Of a stretch of 64,000 bases of DNA, positions 1-8,855 are shown in pieces. Where the stretch lies: NCBI GenBank assembly GCA_039815185.1, contig JBCBZT010000009.1:96001-160000 (forward strand), in the 5' to 3' direction. Position 1 is the stretch's first letter, and every line of letters begins with the position of its first letter. A model generated the notes under the pieces. The model was given only the letters and a program-made list of their open reading frames with translations, ran no database searches and was not told the DNA's origin. The position numbers and the translations under genes are program-made. The stretch is from Cyanobacteria bacterium P01_A01_bin.123. Lineage in GTDB: Bacteria > Cyanobacteriota > Cyanobacteriia > Phormidesmidales > Phormidesmidaceae.

Positions 1-35
1 AACCGATAAGTTGAGTCGGAACCCTAGATACAATG
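1..35 (-). ncRNA. Probable 5' part of a guanidine-I (ykkC-yxkD) riboswitch, truncated by the window edge
   Basis: Minus strand reads TTGTATCTAGGGTTCCGACTCAACTTATCGGTT; CUAGGGUUCCG is the conserved 5' signature of ykkC-yxkD RNAs. The 3' half lies outside the window. Confidence 0.5.
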
Positions 36-217
36 TCTATAAATCGTTATTTGCAACCGCCATTTAGCAGTGAAGAAAAGATGCAGTCAAAAACGGATTA
101 AGTTCTCGCAAGCTGCATCAATTAGTTACTCGTATTGTTATCAATAGTCCTCAGACTAATAAGTATTGGCTGATACGGTTATGTCTTTTAAATGTCAACA
201 TTTCATAGTCTTTTGTC

Positions 218-730
218 TTAGCAAATGAATGAACGAAGCCCCGTAGAATTCGTATAGTCTCTGGACATGATTAAAAACTGATCTTGACTGCCACGTTTCA
301 TAAACGTCCCTACGGGCTCAAATCCTAGCTTTTGCCAGACTCGCTGTGCCCGCTGATTAAAGGCTGCGATGGTTACTCGTAGGATTGACGCACCATAGCA
401 GGCTCTACCGTATTGCACTACTGCTTGGGCGTACTGCACACCACGCTTTTGCCCCGTTAAATCAGGTCGAATTCCCATGCCGATGTCTAAAGCGCCAGGA
501 GGATAGCTGCCACCGGGGACTTGGCCATCCGTACCAAAGGAACAATACCCCTCTAACTCTCCATCAGGATTCAAAATGGCATAGAAAGCGTTTCTAGGGT
601 TGAGCAAATAGGTGAGATCGTCTTCTATGGTTGTGGGACTAAAGTTATACCCCTCATAGGGTGGATCATAGTGCCAGGTGAATAAGGCCAGTGCATGGTT
701 TTTATCAAGCGGTAGAAACTTCAAGTCCAT
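218..730 (-). CDS. GNAT family N-acetyltransferase (RimJ/RimL-like)
   Basis: Motifs DIGMGIRPDLTGQKRG (acetyl-CoA binding) and FNQRAQRVWQKLGF. Start taken at MDLKF; the ORF is open to 745. Confidence 0.85.
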   Translation of the reverse strand: MDLKFLPLDKNHALALFTWHYDPPYEGYNFSPTTIEDDLTYLLNPRNAFYAILNPDGELEGYCSFGTDGQVPGGSYPPGALDIGMGIRPDLTGQKRGVQYAQAVVQYGRACYGASILRVTIAAFNQRAQRVWQKLGFEPVGTFMKRGSQDQFLIMSRDYTNSTGLRSFIC

Positions 731-755
731 AGCAACCGCTGCCATTGTAGGCGTC

Positions 756-989
756 TTAAGATTGTTGCTGAAACTGCTGACTCAAAAATTGTCGGAACAC
801 CTTTTCAGCTTCGATTTCATCCTGTTGAGCCTGCTCTAAAAACTGATACAAATATGCTTTTTCAACCCAGGGGAACGTAGGACTGCGATCGCAGTCTTGA
901 TAAACACCCCCGTGCAACTGATAAATTCGCCATTCGCGCCCGTTGTATCGCCAGAATTCTGGTACCCCCATCGCTGCATAGAGTCGATT
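756..989 (-). pseudogene. C-terminal fragment of a Uma2 (DUF820) family endonuclease
   Basis: Frame reads NRLYAAMGVPEFWRYNG...YQDCDRSPTFP, a typical Uma2 C-terminus. The N-terminal part is absent and similarity starts right at the stop codon of the upstream gene. Confidence 0.8.
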
Positions 990-991
990 GA

Positions 992-1783
992 CTAGATATA
1001 TCGGGTTAGCTCAATTCGGTAGCGCTGTTTTTTAGTGGTGGCCACGTCGCCAATTTCCAGACGCCCCTTGCTCCGAATAGCCACTAAATCTCCCGGATTC
1101 ACTTGATAACTCGACTGGGTGACTTCCTTCCAGTTAACACGGACATCGCCACCGTTAATCAAATCGGCCATTTTGCTACGGGACATGCCAAACCCGGCGG
1201 AGGCTACCGCATCTAACCTGAGGGAGGCCTCCACTGTGGTCATTTGTTTTTTGCGCGGTTCTCGCACCCTCAGTTGGGCAAAGTCAATCGCTTGGGTTTT
1301 GACCGGCACCGATCGCACCTGGGTCAGATTCATTGCTAGAAACTCCACCAGTTCAGGCACCACAATCGCTTGGGCACCGCGTTCTCCCAGCACTAGAATA
1401 TCGCCTACCTTGTCACGCACGATGCCTGTACCCAGCAGTGACCCTAAAAAGTCACGGTGGGTGGCCGGGTCAAACAAAAAATTACCGGCAATGCTCAACA
1501 ACGCCACATCAATTTGATCGGGAGCAAGGGGAAGCTCTGTCCGAGCGATCGCCAGGCGTTGTCTTTCAGCTTGGGGGTAGCCGCCTTGAGCCACAACGTG
1601 AATGTCAGTTAACCGCTGAAAACTGCTTTGGGCTTCTGCTAACTCTGGTGGTGAGAGAAAATCGCTAACCACCACTTCCCAAGTGCGCACAGCCTGATCA
1701 GCCTGATCAATCAGGCGAGTCAGCGTTTCGCAATTTTCAGCACCCTTAAGTAAATCCTCTTTCGGAAGCAGCATAGCCTTCAA
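992..1783 (-). CDS. Photosystem II S4-domain protein (Sll1252/YlmH family)
   Basis: DFLSPPE, GGYPQAERQR, HRDFLGSLLGTGI and C-terminal S4 motif SLRLDAVASAGFGMSRSK...GDVRVNWK. Confidence 0.92.
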   Translation of the reverse strand: MKAMLLPKEDLLKGAENCETLTRLIDQADQAVRTWEVVVSDFLSPPELAEAQSSFQRLTDIHVVAQGGYPQAERQRLAIARTELPLAPDQIDVALLSIAGNFLFDPATHRDFLGSLLGTGIVRDKVGDILVLGERGAQAIVVPELVEFLAMNLTQVRSVPVKTQAIDFAQLRVREPRKKQMTTVEASLRLDAVASAGFGMSRSKMADLINGGDVRVNWKEVTQSSYQVNPGDLVAIRSKGRLEIGDVATTKKQRYRIELTRYI

Positions 1784-1796
1784 ACGACAAAACAGC

Positions 1797-1827
1797 GTTG
1801 GCGAAGCGTCTCCAAAGGAGAATCGCC
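1797..1827. repeat. Small dispersed palindromic repeat (GCGTCTCC-NNN-GGAGA type)
   Basis: GTTGGCGAAGCGTCTCCAAAGGAGA matches 21/25 nt with the reverse complement of 34422-34446. Confidence 0.55.
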
Positions 1828-2012
1828 TTTAATCCGCGATTAACGTGTTTCACCATCTTATCTTTTTGGCACAGATTGCTTCTTAGCCCCTGAGACGGCA
1901 CTCAAGTCAGTCAGTCCTGGAATCTCTAATGGTAACTATGTGATCAATAACACTTTGAATCTGTTAGCCCTAACTCAATTGCCATGAACACAGATAGCTG
2001 CTTTAGAAACTG

Positions 2013-2882
2013 CTATTGAGATGTCATCAACAGATCTTGCCTGATGTATCTGATGTAAGACGAACGCGCTAAAAAACGAACAACCTCGTCATAATTAGAC
2101 ACTGAATCTGACAGCTGCCTCGGAGAAACTTTGCGGAATTGGCAAGTGACTCGACCGCGACTGATATTTAGAAAATCACAAATCTTATCAACTGTCCGTT
2201 GCTGACGCCTTTCATTAGCCATATCAGCTTCATAGGTCAACGCTAGGTGAGGGATATCACTCAACACTAGCCGCTCATATTGATTGAGCGCCTGGCTGTC
2301 TTGCATCAGCTTAAGTAGCTCATTCGTATCGATCCGAACCTTTTCGGGTTTATTCTGGCCTAATGGCAAATCGCTTACTTTTTGATGAAATCCATACTGC
2401 TTTGCGCGGATAATCGAAATAGCGTGTTGAACTAAATTATCCCTTTTGAGATAAATAATCTTGAATCCATCCTCATAGAGATCTCGTAAGAAAACCGATC
2501 CGTAGGGAATGGGTTGAATCTTTCTAATTTGGTAACTTAATATCTTGCAGCCATACACCGCCGCCGCTGATCTTTGGCACTTTGCCAAAATTTGGAAGTA
2601 GGGAAAGATGAGCGATTCCTTTAAAACCTCGCCATCACAGTGGACATTAGGTAAGGCATTCAATAAGCTGACAAGCGCTGTACTGCCCGATCTGCCGCGT
2701 CCAAAAATAACGAAACGATTTGGATCTGATACTTTTTGGCTCAACCCATACTGTGCAACTTCAAACAAATGCTGACTTTGGCGTTTAGCACTGCCTAAAA
2801 ACTGACGAATCATAGGTTTGTGACGATTGATAGGACATGTCCTCGAATCTCTCGCACCCTGATTATCAGCATAAACACTCAT
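2013..2882 (-). CDS. Sulfotransferase (Stf0-like, PAPS-dependent)
   Basis: 5'-PSB loop FVIFGRGRSGSTAL, 3'-PB IIYLKRDNLVQHAIS, and LTYEADM. The true start may be 2813. Confidence 0.8.
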   Translation of the reverse strand: MSVYADNQGARDSRTCPINRHKPMIRQFLGSAKRQSQHLFEVAQYGLSQKVSDPNRFVIFGRGRSGSTALVSLLNALPNVHCDGEVLKESLIFPYFQILAKCQRSAAAVYGCKILSYQIRKIQPIPYGSVFLRDLYEDGFKIIYLKRDNLVQHAISIIRAKQYGFHQKVSDLPLGQNKPEKVRIDTNELLKLMQDSQALNQYERLVLSDIPHLALTYEADMANERRQQRTVDKICDFLNISRGRVTCQFRKVSPRQLSDSVSNYDEVVRFLARSSYIRYIRQDLLMTSQ

Positions 2883-3107
2883 TCAGGCATCGTCCAGCAA
2901 ATAAGCATGTAAAAACAAGTGCTTTGGCCCTTGACATTGGGACTTTTCATTAAAGTGAAAATAAATTTCTAAGTATTCTGCTTCAATCTGCTAGAGCCTG
3001 ATTGAGAGAGAGGTCAGCTGCCAACGGCCTCGAAGCTTTGGCATAACTGGCTTGACTGAGCGTTCCCATAAACGTAACGCTATGGATTGACTGAGTTCTA
3101 TGGGGAC

Positions 3108-3149
3108 AAAAAAATCCTCAAAATCTCTGAACAATCAGGATTCTGAGGA
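3108..3149 (-). terminator. Intrinsic terminator after the LuxR-type gene
   Basis: Minus strand: TCCTCAGAATC...GATTTTGAGGA stem followed by T7. Confidence 0.6.
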
Positions 3150-3193
3150 GAATAATAAGTATTTTTGCTGAAATGAGTCAGCTAAGGGTTGCG

Positions 3194-3796
3194 TTAGCAA
3201 GCTTCACAGTCGAGGGCTTGGTTGCGTTTGGCGTAGATGCTCTTAAGGTGTTTTTTAACCGTATTGATTGAAATAAACAACTGGTCGGCAATTTCCTCGT
3301 AGTTGTATTTGGCCCGGCGTAGCAACCAAACCTCAGTTTCACGCTGGGTGAGTTGATAGCGCTGGGCCTCTGCGAGCGCCGCAGTTTTGGCAGACTGGTT
3401 GCGATCCTCTAGGGTGACTAGCAAGCAGGGGTGATCGACCGCGTCAATATCAATCCACTGAACTCGGATGCGGATTAGGGTAGACCCGATGCCCCGAATT
3501 TCGTCTTCAATCACGAAGATTTGGTTGGGAAATAGCGAGCGGCTTTCTATCAGGGACTCACAAATTCGCCAGATAGCCGGAGGCAGGATGGGTAGATCGC
3601 CCTGGGTCGAGATCAACTGGCGACAGAGTTGCACAGCACAGCAGTTGGCATGCAGCAATTCGCCTCCGGGAGAGATCATCAGAATCCCATCAGAGAGGGC
3701 TTCAAGCATTGCACTCAGCAAATTAGCCGAATGCTGAGCAGCTTGCTGGGTCAGCTGAATCTTGGGTTGACGTGGCAAAGTGGCGGTTTTGGTCAT
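3194..3796 (-). CDS. LuxR-family HTH transcriptional regulator with N-terminal PAS-like region
   Basis: C-terminal LTQRETEVWLL...YEEIADQLFISINTVKKHLKSIYAK; N-terminal LEALSDGILMI...HAN. Confidence 0.88.
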   Translation of the reverse strand: MTKTATLPRQPKIQLTQQAAQHSANLLSAMLEALSDGILMISPGGELLHANCCAVQLCRQLISTQGDLPILPPAIWRICESLIESRSLFPNQIFVIEDEIRGIGSTLIRIRVQWIDIDAVDHPCLLVTLEDRNQSAKTAALAEAQRYQLTQRETEVWLLRRAKYNYEEIADQLFISINTVKKHLKSIYAKRNQALDCEAC

Positions 3797-4147
3797 AGCT
3801 TGGGGCTCAGCTTTTAAACATCGCGACCGTTTGCGGTCTTGGGTTATAGCATCAAATTCCTCCGGGTGAGCTTCGTAAAGCTTGTGCCAGAAATGGAACT
3901 GACCTTAATAGTAGATTCACAAAGAATTTGACAATTTCAGAGATGCTATGAAGACTCACCTCTAAAATCTGGGTCTCAAGGGCTGAAACCAAGGATTTAT
4001 CAATTGTTTTGAGTTTGTAAAGAAAATGCTGCGGATGGCGATCGCGATCACATGCTTTTTTTTCCGTTAGTGGATAGTTGTGCACTTTTTTGATAGTCCG
4101 GGTGCGGATTTCCCTACCCTCCAAATGAGAACTGGATGTGAGTGAAT

Positions 4148-5626
4148 TCAAAATTCAGACTGTTCCTTATGCTTAACTTCTTCTAATGCCTGGCTGCTGA
4201 TTCCTGACGCCTGACTGCCGTCTTTCCGATTCAAGATTGGTTGAACCACCGCGTAAGTTAGCAAACTAGCGGCCATCCCTGGCAAGACCTCATACAGATC
4301 ATCAGACCAGTGCAGGCCCATGCGCCAAAACAGCGCTGTAGCGACGCCAATGATCATCATGGCCAGGGCCGTCGTCGTCCTTAGCGATCGCCCCAAAACC
4401 CGGACTAGCAATAGCGACCCCAAACTCGCCGCGAGCGCCGCCCAAGCAAAGGTCACCAGCACAAACACATCACTGGGGCTGACTAAAGCCAACCCCAGAA
4501 TCACCACAACCATCACGACTGTGCCAACCTTGGCCCATAAGTAGGATTTGGCCGCGCTGGGAAATAAATCTTGGGTCAGCGCTGCAGAACAAGCCAAAAG
4601 CTGACCTTCCGCTGTGGAAATGGTGGCCGAAAATAGCCCCACTAACACTAGCCCCACAAGCCCCATCGGCAAAACAGCTTCGGCCAAGACGGGCAAAGCA
4701 AGTTCTGTGTCTCCGGTGGCTAATTCTGGGAGTAGAATGCGGGCTCCTAAACCCACGATAGTTGCCGTTAAAGACAATACGGCGTTGAGTGCCAGATAGA
4801 GATTGCGAGCTTTGTCGACCTGCTCAACGCTGTCGATAGCCATCATCCGAATCATGATGTGGGGCTGGCCGACTACGCCAAAGCCCGACACCATCCAGGC
4901 CAAAATAAAAGGGACAGCACCAAACTTAAGCCCTGTAGGCACTAGGCTGGTTAAGTTAGGGTCGATTGTATTGAGTGTCCTCCAAAAGTCTGAGATGTTG
5001 CCGACATTGGCGATCGCGACCCCAGCCAACAGCACCATAGAACCAATCATTAATATTGACTGGATTGACCCCACCCAAATTGAGGCGCGAATGCCGCCGG
5101 AGATGGCATAAATGGCTACAATCGCCGCCCCCAGGCCAATCCCGATAGAAATATCCCAACCGAAGAGGACGCTAAGGGCTTTGCTACCCGCTTGCAGTTG
5201 GGCCGCAGCGTAAACCCCTAAAAAGCAAAGGGTGAAGAGAGCCGCGATCGCCGTAATCCAGCGTCCCCCGTCAATCCCGTGGCCCAAGAATGCGGCAAAC
5301 GTTTCAGAATTGGTGGCTTCAGAATCCCGCCTGAGTCGTTTGTGTACCACCAGCCAAGCCAGCGTATCTCCCAGTACATAACCAATGGACAACCAAATCG
5401 CTGCTAAGCCAATGGTGTAAGTAAACCCAATCAGGCCAATGAACATGAACCCGCTGTTGCCCGTCGCTACCGCAGACAAAGCTGCCAACCATGGATTCAC
5501 CCCCCGCCCTGCTAGCAAATAGTCTTCGGTGGTGTCTTGTTTTTGGAATCCGGCGTAAATGCCGACGCCGATAAACAACACGATAAAGCTGGAGAAAATC
5601 CACAAAACAGGCGAACGGTCTAGCAT
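4148..5626 (-). CDS. putP: Sodium/proline symporter (SSS family)
   Basis: DYLLAGRG, ALSAVATGNSGFMFIGLIG, GQPHIMIRMMAI and many hydrophobic helices. Confidence 0.85.
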   Translation of the reverse strand: MLDRSPVLWIFSSFIVLFIGVGIYAGFQKQDTTEDYLLAGRGVNPWLAALSAVATGNSGFMFIGLIGFTYTIGLAAIWLSIGYVLGDTLAWLVVHKRLRRDSEATNSETFAAFLGHGIDGGRWITAIAALFTLCFLGVYAAAQLQAGSKALSVLFGWDISIGIGLGAAIVAIYAISGGIRASIWVGSIQSILMIGSMVLLAGVAIANVGNISDFWRTLNTIDPNLTSLVPTGLKFGAVPFILAWMVSGFGVVGQPHIMIRMMAIDSVEQVDKARNLYLALNAVLSLTATIVGLGARILLPELATGDTELALPVLAEAVLPMGLVGLVLVGLFSATISTAEGQLLACSAALTQDLFPSAAKSYLWAKVGTVVMVVVILGLALVSPSDVFVLVTFAWAALAASLGSLLLVRVLGRSLRTTTALAMMIIGVATALFWRMGLHWSDDLYEVLPGMAASLLTYAVVQPILNRKDGSQASGISSQALEEVKHKEQSEF

Positions 5627-5689
5627 TGAGAGTAAAGGCGATAACTTAACACAGTGTAACGAAATCCCCCCTGCTCCCCCGCTCCCCCA

Positions 5690-6625
5690 TCACCCCATCT
5701 TCCCAATAATCCCCACCACTATCTGCACCCCAATCAACCCAATCAACACCCCCACCGCTAAAAGCGCCAACGGTCGAGCCATGCCTTCTAATTGACGTAG
5801 GCTGCGTTCCAGTTCACCGTCGTAGTGTTCTCCCAGTTTGTCGAGTAAGGTGTCGAGCTGGCCCGTTTCTTCTCCCGTGCGAATCATCTGAACTGCCGTC
5901 GGGGGCAGGGTGCCTTGCAAACAGTCACTCAGGGATTCGCCCCGATCGACTTGCCGAATGGATTGGCTAATTACTCGGGCTAACTGCGGATCGGCTAAAC
6001 GAGGCACCACCAGGGCCAAAGCTTGGGGCATGGGTAACCCGCAGCGAATGGGGATAGCTAATTCGGCCAATTGAGTCAGCGATCGCGCTTCGATCACAGT
6101 CTGAAAGACTGGAATTTGGCGCAGCCAGGTATGGCCGCGATCGCCCAAATTGATTTGCAACGGCACCTGGGTTTGAAACAATAGGGCGATCGCCAACGCC
6201 CCCGCCAATCCCCACACGACGGAGCTATTCAATGCCGCTAAACCGCCAATCAACCAAGCCCCCAGCACAATCACAACCACGCCCCCGATTACCCCAAACG
6301 ACACCAGCACAGAGCCATACAGTCTGGCCCGACGGCGATAAACTTCGCATTGATGCCCCAACCTTTGACTCACTTCGATCAAAGCGCCGCTGGTTTCCCC
6401 CAGGTTCAATAACCCCAATTCCCACGGCGTAAATACGCTTTGGCCAGACTTCAGCGCGATCGCCAGCGATGCGCCCCGATCAATCCGCTGGCTGGCTTGT
6501 CGCAGGTAGCGTTGGATGGGTGCTGGAGACTTTTCTGACGCCATCGCCAAACTTTTGGCAACAGAAAACCCCGCTTTGAGCAGCGCCGCAAACTGATGAA
6601 AGAATAGGGCCTTATTCATAGACAC
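5690..6625 (-). CDS. Type II secretion system F / PilC-like inner membrane platform protein
   Basis: Two T2SSF repeats (FFHQFAALLKAG...GETSGAL; MIRTGEETGQLD) separated by TM segments. Confidence 0.85.
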   Translation of the reverse strand: MSMNKALFFHQFAALLKAGFSVAKSLAMASEKSPAPIQRYLRQASQRIDRGASLAIALKSGQSVFTPWELGLLNLGETSGALIEVSQRLGHQCEVYRRRARLYGSVLVSFGVIGGVVVIVLGAWLIGGLAALNSSVVWGLAGALAIALLFQTQVPLQINLGDRGHTWLRQIPVFQTVIEARSLTQLAELAIPIRCGLPMPQALALVVPRLADPQLARVISQSIRQVDRGESLSDCLQGTLPPTAVQMIRTGEETGQLDTLLDKLGEHYDGELERSLRQLEGMARPLALLAVGVLIGLIGVQIVVGIIGKMG

Positions 6626-6715
6626 AATGCTGCTACTTGAGGCTTGCGGTTCACGATAGGCAATCGCGTCTGGTTAAAATCACGATAAGCTTAACGGGAC
6701 AACCGTTAGGTTAAT

Positions 6716-7153
6716 TTGATGGGATTCAAAGCGATCGCAACCCTTGTGGTTGCCTGCGTGTTTTGGCTAGTTAGCACTGTGGCGACGCCGCCAGCCTCGG
6801 CACTGACCCCGATTGAACTGACTGACCTGGACTACAAAAATTGTCCTGAAGAGCTGAGTGAAGGCATTGTGGTCAGTGGTTCAAGCCAAGAAGCTAACTG
6901 CTTCATGGTTTACGGCAAAGCAATCAACCGTTCGGGTAAGCCCGTTTATGACGCTGACATCTTTGGTCGCATATACGATGCCAACGCTAACCCGGTGATG
7001 CAAAACCGCAATCGCCTGGGGGGTATCCCTGAAGTGCCACCCGGTGAGAGCGACTTTGAGTTCCGAATTTCAGTTCCGTCTAATCAACCCACTCCGCTTC
7101 AGCTCAAGCGCTTCAAGGCTTCTGGCTTTGCTGGCGCAGTGCGGCGCTTCTAA
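6716..7153 (+). CDS. Conserved cyanobacterial exported hypothetical protein
   Basis: Signal peptide ending ASA; DADIFGRIYDAN.NPVMQNR.RLG core; followed by a terminator. Confidence 0.75.
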   Translation: MMGFKAIATLVVACVFWLVSTVATPPASALTPIELTDLDYKNCPEELSEGIVVSGSSQEANCFMVYGKAINRSGKPVYDADIFGRIYDANANPVMQNRNRLGGIPEVPPGESDFEFRISVPSNQPTPLQLKRFKASGFAGAVRRF

Positions 7154-7187
7154 ATCAATTACGACGTGGGTAAAAATTTGATCACTC

Positions 7188-7223
7188 AAAAGAGGGATAC
7201 TGCTAAATCAGCATCCCTCTTTG
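7188..7223. terminator. Bidirectional intrinsic terminator
   Basis: AAAAGAGGGAT...ATCCCTCTTT hairpin between convergent genes. Confidence 0.7.
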
Positions 7224-7262
7224 ATTATTTGAGCCTCAGTAACCTACCTAGCGCACCGTGAC

Positions 7263-7544
7263 TTAGTAGACCATAGCGGCCATACCGCTAACAGCTCTGG
7301 ATAAAAACTGGAGCAAAAAGATCGCCAAGATGGGGGAGAAATCAATGCCCCCCAGGGGAGGAATAATTGAACGGAACACGTTGAGGTAGGGGTCAGTCAG
7401 CTGGCTAAGGATCGAGAAAGGCGGGCTAAACCAGTCAACATTGGGAAACCAGCTCAGCAAAATCCGAATAATCAGCAGCACAAAGTAGATCTGAAAGAAG
7501 GTTGCCAGCGTGTCTGCTAAGAGGCTAACTAGAGAAGTGCTCAT
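7263..7544 (-). CDS. YggT/YlmG family membrane protein
   Basis: IRILLSWFP...LTDPYLNVFRSIIPPLGGIDFSPILA signature. Confidence 0.93.
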   Translation of the reverse strand: MSTSLVSLLADTLATFFQIYFVLLIIRILLSWFPNVDWFSPPFSILSQLTDPYLNVFRSIIPPLGGIDFSPILAIFLLQFLSRAVSGMAAMVY

Positions 7545-7639
7545 GGATAGTTGAAGTCCTATCGGGTATGTTTTAGCTAGATTTAGTGTAACCGATACCA
7601 GGAATTCCTTTGGTAGGTCAAGGGGAACGGTTACACCTG

Positions 7640-8062
7640 TTATGAAGCTTGACGAAAGTTAGCCGTTTGGGGGACTAACCATCGCTGGGAAGCTTGCCAA
7701 AGATCGAAGACTAACATCTCAATCTCTTTAGGTAACTCGATGATCAGAATGCCTTCATTCTGGTGTGCTTCGGTGTGGCAACACTCGGCCCCAATCCAGT
7801 GACCGCGAACACACACTTCAGTAAACTCTGAATCGCCAATGGCTAAACTGAGCGTTTCTTGGCCGAGTCGAGCTGCGATCGTCTCTAAAACCGTCATCTG
7901 AGGCAACGCCGTCGAAACCAAAAATGACGCGGTGCTGGTTTGTACCGTAATTCGCTGTCCAGTGCGCAAGCTGAGCACCACTCGCTGGGTGATCAGGTCT
8001 TCCACACTCTGGTTGAGCCGTTCCATTTGAATTGCCGTTTCGGTGTAAGTGATTTTCAACAT
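7640..8062 (-). CDS. alr0857-family protein
   Basis: MLKITYTE...LNQSVEDLITQRVVLSLRTG...STASFL...EVCVRGHWI...EGILI pattern; sits opposite an All0854-like gene. Start taken at ATG 8062. Confidence 0.75.
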   Translation of the reverse strand: MLKITYTETAIQMERLNQSVEDLITQRVVLSLRTGQRITVQTSTASFLVSTALPQMTVLETIAARLGQETLSLAIGDSEFTEVCVRGHWIGAECCHTEAHQNEGILIIELPKEIEMLVFDLWQASQRWLVPQTANFRQAS

Positions 8063-8136
8063 GGCGCTGAAGAGAGAAAAAGCCAAAAAAGGTTGCAAAA
8101 TCCGGCGGTGGTTCACAAATGCACAATGAACCCACT

Positions 8137-8170
8137 CAAAACCCCCGCCTCCTAGTGGGAAGCGGGGGTT
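8137..8170 (-). terminator. Strong intrinsic terminator ending the putative RNA
   Basis: AACCCCCGCTTCC-CACTA-GGAGGCGGGGGTT followed by more T residues on the minus strand. Confidence 0.75.
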
Positions 8171-8772
8171 AGACTAACCGAAAGGGTTATCTAAACCTAA
8201 GTCAGTATCAGGATTCGAGACCTGATCTGCCCGCTTCGCCAAAGACGTCGCCCATCGCGATCGCCTGTGAGAAACTTAATGCCGTCTATGCCATGCCCAA
8301 ACGCTGTGACCACAGCATCAAAGCCAGAAGCTACAGCTTGGTAACGCGCTACAGATAGACCCATCCCGGTGGTGCCCGTTGATGGGGTAATGCCAAACGG
8401 GTTAGCCATGCAATAGCAGCCTGCTGGCAAACTGATTGTTTGCAGACGGTTTGCTGGCAACTGGTGACGCTGTAACGCCTGCGATAAAACTTGCGGCGAC
8501 CGGAGGAACCTAGACGCGATGGTCAAAAACCAACTCTCAAGGGCCGTTGCACTGTTGCCGAATAGACGCTCAAGCATTGCGCCCACGCCAAAGTGCATGC
8601 CGCTGCCAGCGGTGCAGTCTAGCTGTAGAGATGTGAACCAATGCTTCGACATGTTTCGGCCCTCAGTGATGATAGACAAACCTAAATGCTCAAAAGCCAG
8701 GTGCTCTAAAAGCCAAATACCTGGACACTTGAACGCTCCAATCAACCCAAACGACCTATTCTTAGGTTGACA
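8137..8772 (-). ncRNA. Putative large structured RNA (possibly GOLLD-like) with a tRNA-like T-arm near its 3' end
   Basis: Bounded by a sigma70 promoter and a terminator. Nested helices 8664-8657/8546-8539 and 8646-8639/8579-8572; T-arm-like hairpin ATCAGG-TCTCGAAT-CCTGAT at 8226-8207. Confidence 0.5.
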
Positions 8773-8815
8773 TTATTGATGCTACACGTGTATTACAAAA
8801 ATGTCTACACTGTAG
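8767..8815. promoter_or_regulatory. Overlapping divergent promoters with palindromic operator(s), candidate TrcR sites
   Basis: Minus strand: TAGACA(8807-8802)-17 nt-TAGCAT(8784-8779) with extended TG. Plus strand: TTGACA at 8767-8772. Palindromes TACACGTGTA (8783-8792) and CTACA-C-TGTAG (8805-8815). Confidence 0.6.
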
Positions 8816-8855
8816 TTATCAATTTCTAGCAAATTTTTTGGAGGTGTGCCAACCC

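Noticed and set aside
3852..4151. 99-aa ORF between putP and the LuxR-type gene
   Set aside because: No motif; covers an AT-rich, promoter-like region; probably spurious.
8063..8116. Remnant of the HNH nuclease gene that I recall preceding alr0857 homologs
   Set aside because: Only ~18 codons with vague similarity and no HNH motif visible.
8197..8745. 182-aa minus-strand ORF as a protein-coding gene
   Set aside because: TTG start, no clear RBS, no recognisable motif, and it overlaps strong RNA-structure signals. Not listed as a CDS, though not formally excluded.
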